Assembly: GCF_018350175.1 (NCBI RefSeq)
Contig: NC_058368.1
Coordinates: forward strand, 93,560,001-93,624,000
DNA from: Felis catus
Taxonomy: Eukaryota
Direction of reading: 5' to 3'
DNA: 64,000 nucleotides
The translations under genes and the position numbers were made by a program. Of this stretch, positions 13,226 through 26,524 are shown piece by piece. Position 1 is the stretch's first letter; each line of letters starts with the position of its first letter. Below the pieces are notes generated by a model that was given only the letters and a program-made list of their open reading frames with translations, had not been told where the DNA came from and made no database searches.

Positions 13226-13469
13226 GACTTCTTACTAAATATCAACAGTAACATTTATATATCTACATACTACTATTGCTTCTAATACAACAGATGTCCT
13301 CCTCTTTATCAGAATCCATCAGTCTCCCGGAGCCATCCTATCCAACCGTGGTTTCACTATTGTCTTTAGATGGACGGTGCCCAAGTCTATATCTTCAGCA
13401 CCGATCTCCCTTCTAAATGCCAGCCTCTATTTTCAGCTATTTATCGGACACATCTCTGAGCCATGCTAC

Positions 13470-13865
13470 TGAGCTCGGCTTCCCTGGGAAACAGATCTGA
13501 GATCGAGATTTCCATGTGGCTGGTGTATTGGGGGCACTCTTCGAGACCACCACCACCAAAGGAGTCATGGCAGCAGGGCTAGACAAGGACAGACTGAATG
13601 GTGATGTAGCCACAACAAAAGGCTGAGTCAATCCCACAGCAACTGGGATGATCCTTGAAATCTATTCCAAATTGGGGCAAGGAGGCTCAGACACTGTATC
13701 CACGGACCCACCAGCCATTGGCTGGAGGCTGCCCCAGGGACATAAGGGTATAGTCTTGAGTGAGGCAGCTCTCTTCAGCCCAGGGCAATTTCCAAGAAGG
13801 CATTAGCTTTTAGCCAGGCCCATGGACTTCCCAGGCAGCTGAGGAAATGAGTACCTCTCAGCCCT
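13470..13865 (-). mobile_element. ERVL LTR (LTR16-like)
   Basis: ggcttccctgggaaacagatctgagatcgagattt...ccagccattggctggaggctgcccc...gaggcagctctcttcagccc matches the recalled LTR16 family consensus. Confidence 0.7.
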
Positions 13866-13869
13866 ACCT

Positions 13870-14400
13870 CCTCCTGATAATCAGAGGCACCTGTCCCTGC
13901 CAGGATGGTGGCTTCTCTCCTTGCCTCGTGCTCTCGTAGCACAAGGAGCCTGATGTAACTAAGGGGAAGACAATCATAGCTTGGACCCTCCTAGAGATTC
14001 TTCTTGTGTTTCCTAGTGGAAACATGAGCTTCTAGGAACGAGGACTTCTAAACCCATGCAACTCAGAGTCACAGAAATGAGAAACAAATTCCACTGGGAA
14101 TAATAGCAAGAGAGGCAACCTTCCACTTGTGCCCCTTTGATTTCCAGACTCATATATTCTACCTTCTTGAGACTTAACACCATGTGTCGGTTGTTGATGT
14201 AGAATTCATGAGGCCCATCCGCACAGGGTATTATCAAGAAGCTAGAGCCACAGCCGTGTCCTTGAAAGACCATGCTGTTGTCTCTCTGGCTGCAGCTTCT
14301 AGGTTGGCGTGGTTTGTCAGGACGAGGGTGTTGCACATGATAACCCTGGATCCCATGGTCACGGGCCCATTGGTGTATTTCTTTTGCTGCACATTAGGGC
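13870..14400 (-). mobile_element. Degenerate ERVL internal pol fragment (integrase C-terminal part plus dUTPase start)
   Basis: Minus-strand IHQWARDHGIQGYHVQHP resembles ERVL integrase VRQWAHAHGIHWSYHVPHHP; downstream FLISVTLSCMGLEVLVP resembles the ERVL dUTPase leader; frameshifted. Confidence 0.7.
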
Positions 14401-14796
14401 CAAGTGCACATCACAGCAACGTGTTCACAAGTGAACCTATAATCTCTCCCATTCCCGAGTCATTCCACAAACTGTTTCCCTGTCCTGTGACAAGCAGATT
14501 GCCATGCCACTCGAATGGGATGTGCCCAGGCACAGGAGCTGGACACATGGTTCCATCACCCCAGATACACTCCTAGCACTTTCCTGCATTAGCAATTCTA
14601 CTCCAAGGTAAAGATTTTTAATAGCATTACTATACTACAGAAACAACAAATGTTATACAGTAGAATAAGAAATCAGCTGAGTTTTCCAAACAACTTTAAA
14701 TAAATGTGGCATTTGTAGCAGACTGATTTGAACTGAATGCCCAGAATCCCAGGGGAATGTGCACTATCCTTCATCCTTAGAAATCATTTAAGAGAG

Positions 14797-14979
14797 AGGC
14801 ACCTGGGTGGCTCAGTCAGTTAAGCATCTGACTCTTGATTTAGGCTCAGGTCATGATCTCACAGTTTGTGAGTTTGAGCCCTGCACTGGGCTCTGTGCTG
14901 GTGGTGCGGAGCCTGCTTGGGATTCTTTCTCCCTCCTTCTCTCTCTACTCCCCCATTCATCCTCTCTCTCTCTCTCTCC

Positions 14980-15031
<52 letters not shown>

Positions 15032-15692
15032 ATAAATAAATAAACTTTAAAAAGAAAAAAAATGTCCAGCACTCAACCCACAGAAGAGGTAGGATATGTG
15101 GAACTCAAAGACATAGGGTCCTGGGGTTCAGCCCCTCCAGGTTCAGGCTGCTGACCTTTACCAACACACTGGATAAAAAAGACATGGGAGCAAAGCACTC
15201 CCTTTTGAAATGATATCATTTGAAATTTGAAAAACAGGCATTCTTACCCCTTGAGCTTATTTTTCTGATCATCAACTTATCTGCAAAACTTTCTTTTTAA
15301 GTTTATTTATTTTAAGAGAGAATGTGAGCTTGAGCCAGTGAGGGGTAGAGAGAGGAGGAGAGAAAGAATCCCTAGCAGGCTCTGCATTGTCAGCACAGAG
15401 CCTGATGTGGGGCTTGCCCTGAGCCAAAATCAAAAGTCAGACACTTAACAGACTGAGCCACCCAGGTACTCCTCATCTGTGGAACTTTTTTTTTTTTTAA
15501 CGTTAACTTATTTTTGAGAGAGAGAGAGACAGAGCATGAGCAGGGGAGAAGCAGAGTGAGAGGGAGACACAGAACCCAAAGCAAGCTCCAGGCTCTGAGC
15601 TGTCAGCACAGAGCCTGACACGGGGCTCGAACCCATGAACCATGAGATCACAACCTGAGCTGAAGTCAGACGCTTAACCGACTGAGCCACCT
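14797..15692. mobile_element. Can-SINEs 14797-15060(+, long CT tract), 15295-15472(-), 15485-15692(-)
   Basis: SINE motifs. Confidence 0.9.
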
Positions 15693-15989
15693 GTGAAATG
15701 GTTAAATTAACCAGTTCCACAAGGACTTTATGGAGATCTCTGTAATCACATCTTCAAATATTTTTACGTCAGTGTATTTTCCCTCTACAACATCACCTTC
15801 TGCCGTTTAGCCCACCATCCTCAAACATGCCGCAACAAGCCAGGCCAGCTCATGGTTGGCTCAAGCAGGCAGCCACTCGTGCCATGAAATGGCACAGGGT
15901 TCTTTACCGTCAGAAGAACATGACCGCCAAGGACACCATGACCACAGAGGGGACCATTCTTTCCTCCTGTTGGTCTGTCCAAATGCAAC

Positions 15990-16420
15990 ACATCCTTGCT
16001 GAACACTTCCTGTGCACCAAGCACCCTGCTGTCTGCAGTAGTAGGTGCAACTGACAGGCTTTGCCCTGATGGCATTAAAGACAAAAATGAATAACCAAAC
16101 TAATCAACACGTAACTGTTAACCTGACTGTAAAAGCCAAGAGCGAAAAAGCACAGAGCGCCAGGAAGGCGGGTAAGAGAAGAGCTGGCCTACAGTACAAT
16201 TGAGGAAGGCACTCCTGGGAAGGCTGTGAGAAGGGGGGCGGTAGAGAAGGAGGTAAAGGAGTACTGAAGGGATCACACGCAAAGGTCCTGAGGCAGAAAC
16301 ACAACTGCACTTTGGTGGAACTAGAAGAAAGAGCACAAAGTCAAGTGAAGGTGGTGGGAAGGGGCGCTTCAGAGGCCAAATGAAGCCTGGTCTCACAGAG
16401 TCACAGGCCACCAAGCACCT
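15990..16420 (-). mobile_element. L2 3' fragment
   Basis: tgaacacttcctgtgcaccaagcaccctgct...aaaggtcctgaggcagaaac is typical of the L2 reverse strand. Confidence 0.6.
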
Positions 16421-17454
16421 TCCCAGTCACCACCTCCTGCCTAATAGGACCCCCTATTTCTAGGATGCATGGCCCGCCTATCCCTAGCAGGCCTGCCTGA
16501 AACCTAGTCTCTCCACCCAGGCCCTCTGGGTAGCTGCAACGTCCAATTTCTCCTATTACCCAAGACTGTATTTTCTTACGAACTGAGACAGAGCAAAATG
16601 CGTGGCACATCCAAGTGCAGATCGTAATCAGCGAGGGCAGAGTAGTCTAGCATAACAAGTAGTAGTCTGGTCACAGACAACCATTTTCCAGGGGCAGCAA
16701 TTAGGGGGCCATGGGGAGAGGCTGTGGATCATGCCCCCCCTCCCCCGCCTTTCCTAGAGTAAGTAACATAAATGCTCCCAAAACAGTCTTCTGCGTGGCT
16801 GGTAAAACCAGATCAGAACAGCACTTATCAAGAGACCTCTGAGCACCTGATTTTTTTAAAAGGTCACGAGCAGCATCCAGCATTAACACTTAAAAAAAAA
16901 AATGCAGCAGCTTTGCCAACAATAACCAAAATGAATGCGAAGGACTCTGTCTTTATAGTGAATGACGTCTGCAAGGAGGAAGGAAGTTCAAGGGCAGACA
17001 GCCTCCTGCAGCCCTTCAGAGATGAAAGGCGATCTGGAAAAGGAGCAGGCCTTGAGAGTCAGCACATGAAAGGCAGTATTATCCGTTCACTTTAGACGTT
17101 TAAAATCGTCACACTGCGATTCAGGGACAGTGACGGTAATGAACCCAACAAGGCAAAATGTAACCCAGGGAGCCCCTTGTCAGATCCCAGGATTCTGCCC
17201 CCACCAGCAGGGCTGCACCAAGCAGACCTCAGATGGGCAGGGTGGTCATTCTCCTGCTGGAATTCCACCAGCACACCCAGCTGGACCGGGACCACCAGAG
17301 GTGAACGTCAAGGTCACCAACAGAGTCTACTTTGAAAGATACTATACCTCCTCAAGAGGTGCGTGGAAAGGAGACAAAACAAAAACCCTATGTAGATACG
17401 GCTTTGTGGAATCCATCAGAAGTGAAAACACAAACAGAAATAGAAGAAAGGCAT

Positions 17455-18236
17455 GGGGTGCTTGGGTGGCTCAGACGGTTGAGCATCCAACTTCAGCTCA
17501 GGTCTTGGTCTCTTGGTTCGTGAGTTCAAGCCCCACATCAGGGTCCCTGCTGTCAGCACTGAGCCCGCTTTGGATCCTCTGTCCCCCTCTCTCTGTCCCT
17601 CCTCCACTTGCACTCTCTCAAAAATAAATAAAACATTTTTAAAAAATAAGAGAAGAGCAGAGGCTTGTTCACTGCTCAAAAGAAAGACAGGAGAGGAGAC
17701 CCCGGGTGGCATAATCGGTTAAGTGTCCGACTTTAGTTCAGGTCATGATCTCGTGGCTCATGGGTTCGAGCCCCTCGTCAGGCTCTCTGCTGACAGCTCA
17801 GAGCCTGGAGCCTGCTTCGGATTCTGTGTCTCCCTCTCTCTCTACCTGCCCCATCCCTGCTCGTGCTTTCTCTCTCTCTCTCTCTCAAAAATAAACAAAC
17901 ATTTAAAAAAATTAAAAATAAAAAGGGAGGAGAGCTTTGGTTTAGGTTTGTAGGGCTTAACTTTTATTTTGAACCAAAGTTGCTTTTTTTTCCATCATAA
18001 AAAACAAAAAAGCTCATAAAGAGAGAGAACAAATATTCCTAACTCATCCTGAGTTTCATGAGGTGTGTCCACGATGAGACACGCACTCAGCAGGTCTTCA
18101 AATGAAGGGTCGTCCTGCTGGGGGACTCGTCGGGCCCCTTGGCAACTCACGTACTCAAGTTTTAGCTTTTTTAGTCAAGCCTTTTTTGTTTTTAATTTGA
18201 GAGAAAAAGAGTGCAAAAGGGCAGAAATAGAGAGAT

Positions 18237-18267
<31 letters not shown>

Positions 18268-18835
18268 ATCTTAAGCAGGTGCCGCAGTCAGCAAGGAGCC
18301 CAACACAGGCTCAGTTTCACAAGTAGGGGATCATGACCTGAGTGGAGATCAAGAGTCGGGTGCTCAACCGACTGAGCCACCCAAGCTCCCCTAACTGAGC
18401 CTTTGTTTATCCACAGCAAGGGGTTACACAAGCCATGCAGCAGAGTTAGTCCAGGAAAATCCACACAGCTCCATTTTCAAGGGCTCTGCTGGGATCACTA
18501 ATTCACTCTCCTGACAACGCAGAATCACACTGGAGAGTGGGATTCTGGGGGAACCGGTGAAGATAAACATGGTACCACAGGTTGGGGGAGCTAAGAGAAA
18601 TCGGGCAGCTGGGGCACCTGGGTGGCTCCGTCGGTTACATGCCCAACTCCGGATTTCGGCTCAAGTCATGATCTCACAGTTCATGGGTTTGAGCCCAGCT
18701 TCAGGCTCTGCCCTGGAGCCTGCTTGTAGTTCTCTCTCTCCCTCTCTGTCCCTCCCCTGCTTGTACTCGAGCTCGCGCGCTCGCGCGCGCTCTCTCTCTC
18801 TCTCTCTCTCTCTTTCAAAATAATAAAAAAACAAT
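17455..18835. mobile_element. Can-SINEs 17455-17650(+), 17695-17922(+), 18180-18392(-), 18610-18835(+)
   Basis: SINE motifs. Confidence 0.9.
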
Positions 18836-19604
18836 ACTGCACTTAAGCTGGATTCATGTCACCAGAGCCCCAGGTGAGTTTACAATTCCTACCTGCTGTG
18901 GCTCATGAGGATAAACAGGGCAGGGAAGGACACAAAACCCCCAAGACCCCCTCTGCCTGTGCCAAGTAACCCCCAGACCCTTTAGTGGAGCAGAAAACAA
19001 GACTCTGAGGGTGGGGCCAGTGTCCAGGGGTCACATCCACACCGTGTAGTGACCATGGGGGCCAGGGCAGAAGCTGTGACCCTCTGAAGGAAGAAACGAG
19101 AATCCCTCTACAAGGACACTTAACACCCTCCACTACAGGATGGATGTCCGCTAAGCCCACAAAGGCGATGGAAGTAACATGGGACAGACCGCAGGAGGCC
19201 AGGACTCCAGCTGCCACCATGCAGCATCAGAGCTGCTGGTAGAAGCTGAGGGTTGATAGCACAGAGGGGGCCTGGAACAGCCAAGGGAGACACACGGGGG
19301 GCAGCAGAGGCCCCAACTTAGGAAGGGCTCAACAAGACGCTTGGTGAAGAAGTGAACAAGGAACAAACAAGACCTCAGGCCTGGATATGTCTGCCTCAAC
19401 ACCGCTCATGAGGTTGGTCACTGAAATGCTTGTGGCTACAGCAGAAACTTAGAGTCAGGTTTCTAGATGGGATGGGGCCCAGAAAATGGCAGCATTTTTA
19501 GAAAAGTCAGGGATAGTTAGGAAAACAGAAGTGCCTCACCTGAGTTCCTAAAGATCGTAGAGAGAAACACGGTGAGATGTGTCCCCTATGACCTTCCCAC
19601 CCTA

Positions 19605-19980
19605 CAGGGGGTCCACATTTGCCTAAACCCTGAGTCACTGGGGCACGTGGTTTAAAAATACAGATTTCTGGGCCTCTGTCAATGTTTACTGAATCTGAGT
19701 CTCCAGGAGCCTGGGCATTTTGTTAAGGCTTATGGGTCATTTTTTTTAATTTTTTTAAGTTTATGTATTTATTTTGAAAGAGAGAGAGAGAGAACAGGAG
19801 AGGGGCAGAGAGAGAGAGGGAGAGGAAGAATCCCAAGCAGGCTCCATGCCATCAGCACAAAGCCCGACGTGGGGCTCAAACTCACAAACCGAGAGATCCT
19901 AACCTGAGCCGAAATCAAGAGTCAGACACTCAACCGACTTAGCCACCCAGGCTCCCTGTGGGTTCTGAGAATCACAGCAA
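19605..19980. mobile_element. MER5-type hAT MITE interrupted by a minus-strand SINE (19740-19957)
   Basis: gagtcactgggg...taaaaatacagatttctgggcct...tactgaatctgagtctccagg is MER5-like. Confidence 0.6.
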
Positions 19981-20087
19981 TAGCCTGGGCCCTTCTCAAG
20001 ATGGCCTCTCTGACACCAGACACACAATGGCCTGACAATTTTGCAAGCTGTTTCCAAGCTCAAATGAATGCTTGGTGGTTCCAGGTT

Positions 20088-20252
20088 GAAGAGAAGAGGA
20101 AGAGGAAGAGGAAGAGGAAGAGGAAGAGGAAGAGGAAGAGGAAGAGGAAGAGGAAGAGGAAGAGGAAGAGGAAGAGGAAGAGGAAGAGGAAGAGGAAGAG
20201 GAGAAGAAGAGAAGAAGAAGAGAAGAGAAGAGAAGAGAAGAGAAGAGAAGAG
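20088..20252 (+). repeat. (GAAGAG)n grading into (GAAGA)n polypurine microsatellite
   Basis: Directly visible. Confidence 0.98.
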
Positions 20253-20639
20253 AAAATACAATGGGAAATTTGAGAGGAGAACAAGGATTCCATTAAAACG
20301 AACCACTTAGCAATTACTTTCAAAAGCCAGATGATTTTGAATAAAACCGCCAGCACAGCAGAAGAGAACGTCCTGCGAAACATCAAGCATGCTCATAAAT
20401 GCGCTAATAGAGAAGGCGTCTTTGGAATTCCAATAAGGGTAAAAGAATAAGGTCACTTAAGACCTGGCTGTATTTTTAGAGGCTGTGCTCTCGTAGGAAC
20501 TTCAGTCCTGAAATGAGGAAAAGGAAGTGAATCCTCTGAGCACATCATTGAGAAAGGTCTTGGTCCCAGCCCACCTTGGGGAAGGGGACACTATCCAGGC
20601 CCTCTGTTCCTACTGGCTAGCCTGTGCTTTGGAAACAGG

Positions 20640-20830
20640 CCAACCTGGGATGAGTTCAAGTCCTGCTTCCAGTACTGTGTGTCCTTGGGCAAGGAATTTA
20701 AACTCTGCGAATCTCGACTCCACCCCCAATAAAACAAGGTAAGAATGGGAGCCAAATCTTAGGGTTGTTTTAAGCACGATGTGGAAAAGTAGGTATCTCA
20801 GCATCGGCACAGAGTCAATGCTCTGCAAGT
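20640..20830 (+). mobile_element. MIR
   Basis: gagttcaagtcctgcttcc...tgtgtgtccttgggcaag...cttagggttgtttt...ggcacagagtcaatgctc. Confidence 0.7.
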
Positions 20831-21668
20831 ATGAGCCAGGTTCATTAGTATTTTTACTGTGGAGTCTTAACATCGCTCAGCTTTTTAATTAGCACTGGCC
20901 TTGCCTGGGCACCACTGCTAAAACAGTTTCTATTCCTGGTTTCCAAATTTGCCTGCTGTAAACCTGACTTTGGAATTTTCCCCCCGAGCAAGCAGCAGCA
21001 TCCACTCTGGGGTTATAGCTAAAAATCTATTTCCAAGCGGTAAGTGGTTCTAAGTCGCCCCGTGAGTAAGTGCCCCTTAAGGGAAATGGCCTGGATTTTC
21101 CTCTACTTTATGCTGAAAGGTCAGATTTCACAGATGTATTGATATTCCTGGATGGGTTTCCTTCATTCTCCATTTAGCCAACTCCTACTTTTCCTTTAAA
21201 GCCTCCCATATGAAGGCTTTCTTCCCAGGGGAGCTAACACACCTCTCTGATAACCTAAATTCATTCAGTCATTCATTCATTCAATAAGGACTTACTGTCT
21301 GCTGGGCACCAACATTTCTTCTGCCTGTATCTTCTGACACTTGTGTTTATTTTTTTATTATTATTATTATTTCCTCTCTACACTAACTTGAACCTCCCTC
21401 ACCATCAGAGACCATGCTGAATTCTTCTCTAAATTCTTGGTGCCCAGCAAGTACTCATCACATAGCAGACTTCTAGAAGTTTTCTTGTTGACCATCGTGC
21501 TGATTCCTTAACCATGTGGGGCAGTCTCCCTCAAGATCAAGAAGATATGTCACTAAAGCAGCTTGCTTAGACTGACTAGTTAGTTGTAGGACCCTAAGTA
21601 AGTCACTTTGTCTCTGCGATCCCCTCAAGCTTTAAGACTTGATGCACCTGGAATCTGTGTATTTCTAT

Positions 21669-22244
21669 TAACATTTTTTTAACGTTTATTTTTGAAGGAG
21701 AGAGAGACAGAGCATGATCGGGGAGGGGCAGACAGAGAGGGAGACAGAGAATCCAAAGCAGGCTCCAGGCTCTGAGCCATCAGCACAGAGCCCAAGGAGG
21801 GACTCGAACTCACAAACGGTGAGATCATGACCTGAGCCAAAGTTGGATGCTTAACCAACTGAGCCACCCAAGCGCCCCTCTGTGTATTTCTAAAGCTTGG
21901 CTATTCCACCCAGGGCCTCCGAATTTCCAGGAAGGAAAGTCACTCTCCAGGGATCCCAACTTAGAGCAAAGCCAAGGAACAGACCTGCATATACTCATAG
22001 AATGGTTTCTGCATTTTCCCAGTAAAGTCACATATTGTTTTGTTTTCTTTTAAAATTTAAAAATGGGAGCCTGGGTGGCTCAGTGGGTTAGGCATCCAAC
22101 TCTTGATTTCGGATCAGGTCACGATCTCACAGTTCGTGAGTTCGAGCCCCATGTCGGGCTCTGCACTGACAGCACAGAGCCTGCTGGGATTGTCTCTCTC
22201 CCTTTCTCTCTCTTTCTGCCTCTCCCTCTCAAAAATAAACATTT

Positions 22245-22294
<50 letters not shown>

Positions 22295-22685
22295 GTGTGT
22301 GTGTATATATATGCATATATATGTATATATATATATATCCTTTAAAATTTTTTTAATTAAAAAATAAAAACATTCTACTGATAATCTGATCCACCTCCTA
22401 TCTCCCTTTTGAACTTGTCCTTCCCCCAAGAAAAAGACATATAAAAACATATTAAGATAAAATTGACTCTTGGGGCACCTGGGTGGCTCAGTCTCAGGTT
22501 AAGCGTTTGATTTTGGCTCAGTTCATGACCTCACCATTCGTGAGTTCGAGCCCCACGTCGGTCTCTATGCTGACAGCTCATAGCCTGGAGCCTACTTCAG
22601 ATTCTGTGTCTGCCTCTTTCTCTGCCCCTTACTCGCTCACTCACTAAGATGAATAAACATTAAAAAAAATTGTTTTTTAAAAAAT
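21669..22685. mobile_element. Can-SINEs 21669-21878(-), 22064-22245(+, with GATA/TG/TA microsatellite tail to ~22338), 22471-22685(+)
   Basis: First copy has TSD tctgtgtatttcta; (GATA)n at 22246-22293. Confidence 0.9.
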
Positions 22686-23158
22686 GGAGTGGACTCTAGT
22701 CAACATCACTGTCTGCATTCCCTAAAGAACAATGAACTAGGAGTTGGCCAGCTATGAAAGATAAGAAAATCGCAAAGGTAAGACATTCAATGTCTGTCCT
22801 GAGACACACTGAAAATTCTCTGTCCATTGGAGCTGTTTCACTTCCCTCCAGATGATGTGACATCACAGAGATGCAATTTTTTTACTCTATATTCTTGTCC
22901 TTCAAAAGCAACTCATAAAAAAATAAAATAAAAATTTTACAAAAGCAGTTCACAGGCCTTGGATGATGAGAATTTCATTAAGAAATTATTTGTTAACCTA
23001 GATTTGACACCATAAATTCTGTGTGAATCTGATGTTTGGATCCATCAATTTTTCTAGACTCTTCAAATGCAGAAATTTCATGTTATTTCCTTCTTCACTC
23101 ACAGATAAGGTCCAAAGATGTTTTAAGTTGGTAATTCAATTACTATAAAAGTTGCCTG

Positions 23159-23379
23159 GGGGCGCCTGGGTGGCGCAGTCAGTTAAGCGTCCGACTTCAG
23201 CCAGGTCACGATCTCGCGGTCTGTGAGTTCGAGCCCCGCGTCAGGCTCTGGGCTGATGGCTCAGAGCCTGGAGCCTGCTTCCGATTCTGTGTCTCCCTCT
23301 CTCTCTGCCCCTCCCCGTTCATGCTCTCTCTCTCTCTCTCTGTCCCAAAAATAAATAAAAAAGTTGAAAAAAAATTTTT
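23159..23379 (+). mobile_element. Young Felis-type Can-SINE (SINEC_Fc-like)
   Basis: CpG-intact gtggcgcagtc...ccaggtcacgatctcgcgg...gggctgatggctc; perfect TSD aaagttgcctg. Confidence 0.92.
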
Positions 23380-24023
23380 AAAGTTGCCTGAACTGCGAAG
23401 CCTACTTGAAGACCAAGGCCAATGGTGCTCAGGCTGCTCTGTGAGGGCATGCTGTACCTATTACTCTGCACACAGACCTGTCCTTGAGACCTGCTGGACC
23501 CAAGGCAGAGAGTGTGGGTAGATCACCACTAAACCATCAACCTGACTAGAAAGCCAAGTACAGATTGTGCTCGAGGTGGGTGAAAAGCATCTTTGGACTC
23601 CAAGGACAGAACACTTTGTCTTCCCAAGATACCACTGGGATGTTCTCAATCAATGATGCATTTGATTCCCAAAAGTCACCATCTTAGAAATACCTTGTTG
23701 CTTCCTAGCCTCTCTCTGTTTCTCTCAGGTTGAAAGCCTTATTGTAGGTGTGGAGCGGATCAGAAAACCTGTAACACCCTTAATGGAAATAACCATGCAG
23801 AGGCTCTAAAAAGGACTCTGGGTCATTTTTCCACAACAGAAATGAACTCTTGATGCTGGTAGAGAAGAGTAGCTAAGTCTTCCCACTCCATCCCAATCAC
23901 TGGACTCTTGGCTCTTGTTCTGCCTGGTAGTGAAATTTGTCATGTGATTTTAATGCCATACACTAGATCTATCTTCTGTCCCTAAATTTAATATCTGGGA
24001 TCCACAAACGAAAAATAGTAAGG

Positions 24024-25990
24024 AGGGACGCCTGGGTGGCTCAGTCGGTTAAGTGTCTGACTTCAGCTCAGGTCATGATCTCACACTCCGTGAGTTCAAG
24101 CCCCACGTCAGGCTCTGTGCTGACAGCTCAGAGCCTGGAGCCTGCTTCAAATTCTGTGTCCCCCCCTCTCTCTGCCCCTTCCCTGCTCATGCTCTGTCTC
24201 TCTCTGTCTCAAAAGTAAAAATAAAAACATTTTTTAAAAATTAAAAAAAAAACAATAAGGAAAACAACAAAAACAAATAAAAAATAAAATAAAATAAACC
24301 TACTCTACAGCTAGAGTCTGGTCTTTTCTCCAGTTCTGTCTGGCTGGATATGGTGCTAGGCAGACTGGCTTTTTAGGTACCATAAGACAAATTCATTCTT
24401 CCAAAACCCAGATAGCCCCCTGTACCAATAATTACTTCATCCATTTGGTTAAAAAGCACATGCAGCCATCAGAAGGTCAAAGTCATTGGAAACTCTTCCA
24501 CTTCCTTGTCTAAATAAATAAGCCCAGCAGGCTCAGGGAGCAAAGAAGGGATGTGTGGTAAGAAGAATTCATTTCTCAGGGCACCTGGTGGCTCCGTTGG
24601 TTAAGTGTCCAACTCTTGATTTTGACTCAGATAATGATCTGTTCGTTAGATCGAGCCCTGTGTTGGGCTCTGACAGTGCAGAGCCTGCTTGGGATTCTCT
24701 CTCTCCCTCTCTGTCTGCACCTCCCTTGCTTGCTGTCTCAAAGTGAATAAACATTAAAAATAATAATAATAACTTGGGGCACCTGGGTGGCTCAGTCAGT
24801 TAAGCATCTGACCGGCTCAGGTCATGATCTCACAGTTCGTGGGTCTGAACCCCTGTTGGGCTCTGTGCTGACAGCTCGGAGCCTAAAGCCTGCCTCGGAT
24901 TCTGTGTCTCTGTCCGTCTCTCTTCCCCTCCCCCACTTAAAAAAAAAAAGAGAGAATTCATTTCTCTATTGTTCTTCAATAACATCTACTCCCTCTTCTT
25001 TCCCCTCCCACCAGTTCCTCTCTGACCCTTCGATCTGCCATTCTCACACACAAAGGACGGAGTGTTCCTTAGAACAGAGCAGATGTTTATGAAGAAGGAG
25101 AATAAATTGGGCCATGAAAAGATGACAACCACAACTCAATTCTTCAGGCAGCAATATGACCCAACTTCATTCCCTACCTCACAAACACAGATGGGTGGCA
25201 AAGAAGGACTATAACGGAAATTAAGAAGCCATTGTAATCCACGTAAGAGTAATTTCATGACTGCTCAGCATCATCCAGGGTTCGGTATGGCTTTTCTGAC
25301 CCTCCTTTCTGAGTAGCAAATAAATTCTGTCAAGGGAAACCAGATCACGTCAGTCCCACCCAGGAGCAAAGAGAGAGTTAATACATTTCCAGTGAGGAAG
25401 GACTTCTGTCAAAGGTCGGTATGTCAGTAAGTAGATAGAATGAAAGAATGACAGAAAGATAGAGTGATAGACTGAGATCTATCTGTCTATATAGATCATG
25501 CATAGGGTATTAGTGGAGAATTCACAAAGAGTTACTGCTAGTTAGTTATTGCTAACATATGTGGGCACCTGGGTAGCTCAATCAAACATCTGACTCTTGA
25601 TTTCAGCTCAGGTCATGGTCTCAGAGTTGGTCAAATAGAGCCCCCACAATGAGCTCTGGGCTGTCAGCACAGAGCCTGCTTGGGACTTTCTCTCCCCCAC
25701 CTCTCTCTGACTCTAGAGCATGCACACGTACTCTCTCAAAAATAAATCAACAATGGGAGCTCCTGGGTGGCTCAGTCGGTTGAGCGTCCAACTTTAGCTC
25801 AGGTCATGATCTGGCCAATTGTCAGTTCAAGCCCTGTGTCAGGCTCTATGTTGACAGCTCAGAGCCTGGAGCTTGCTTCAGATTCTGTGTCTCCCTCTCT
25901 CTCTGCCCCTCCCTTGTTCACACTCTGTCTTTGTCTCTCAAAAAGAAATAAATGTTAAAAAATTTTAATAAATAAAAATAAATCAACATT
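24024..25990 (+). mobile_element. Can-SINEs 24024-24300, 24578-24770 plus 24776-24950 (dimer), 25563-25750 plus 25755-25990 (dimer)
   Basis: SINE motifs; the first dimer is bounded by TSD agaattcatttctc. Confidence 0.9.
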
Positions 25991-26033
25991 TCAAAAATGA
26001 TTTTAAAAAGGAGAAACATATGAAGCCAGATCT

Positions 26034-26100
<67 letters not shown>
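26034..26100 (+). repeat. (GAAA)n tetranucleotide microsatellite
   Basis: Directly visible. Confidence 0.98.
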
Positions 26101-26103
26101 GAA

Positions 26104-26262
26104 AATATTCAGGTGCTTCCTAGAAGTTTTCAGGGAAAATATTTTCTTTCTCAAATATCATCAGGTGGAGAACACTTGAAGACAAACCAAATAATACTGA
26201 GATGCTTCCCAGAGGTTTCTATGGAGAAATATTTTTCTTCTCAAATATTAGCAGATGGAAAA
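26104..26262. repeat. Diverged tandem duplication, period ~89 bp
   Basis: atattcaggtgcttcctagaagtttt...tctcaaatatcatcaggtgga versus atactgagatgcttcccagaggtttc...tctcaaatattagcagatgga. Confidence 0.85.
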
Positions 26263-26524
26263 TCCAACAGCCACACAAAGATCACATTAGTTGCCACAAC
26301 CCAACTTCCCATCAACAGGCTTCTGGTGTCCCCACTACCGTGTTTCTGCAGATCGTGATGGAGTTGTGAGGAGAAAGCAGGTCCAAAAATTGAAAAGAAT
26401 ATCTATTACAAATGCACTTTTCCTCCTTCGTCTGCCTAGAAAGAAATCAGCCCAGAAGGAAACCAAGTACCCCATCACAACTTGAGATTTTTCTCAGATT
26501 CCATTGGCGGAGGACCAACACCAT

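Noticed and set aside
17280..17380. Peptide EVNVKVTNRVYFE resembling a cyclophilin N-terminus
   Set aside because: Similarity is limited to a few residues with no continuation of the domain; the ORF runs into a SINE.
19899..20386. RG-, RK-, LP- and LF-repeat ORFs
   Set aside because: Translations of the (GAAGAG)n microsatellite.
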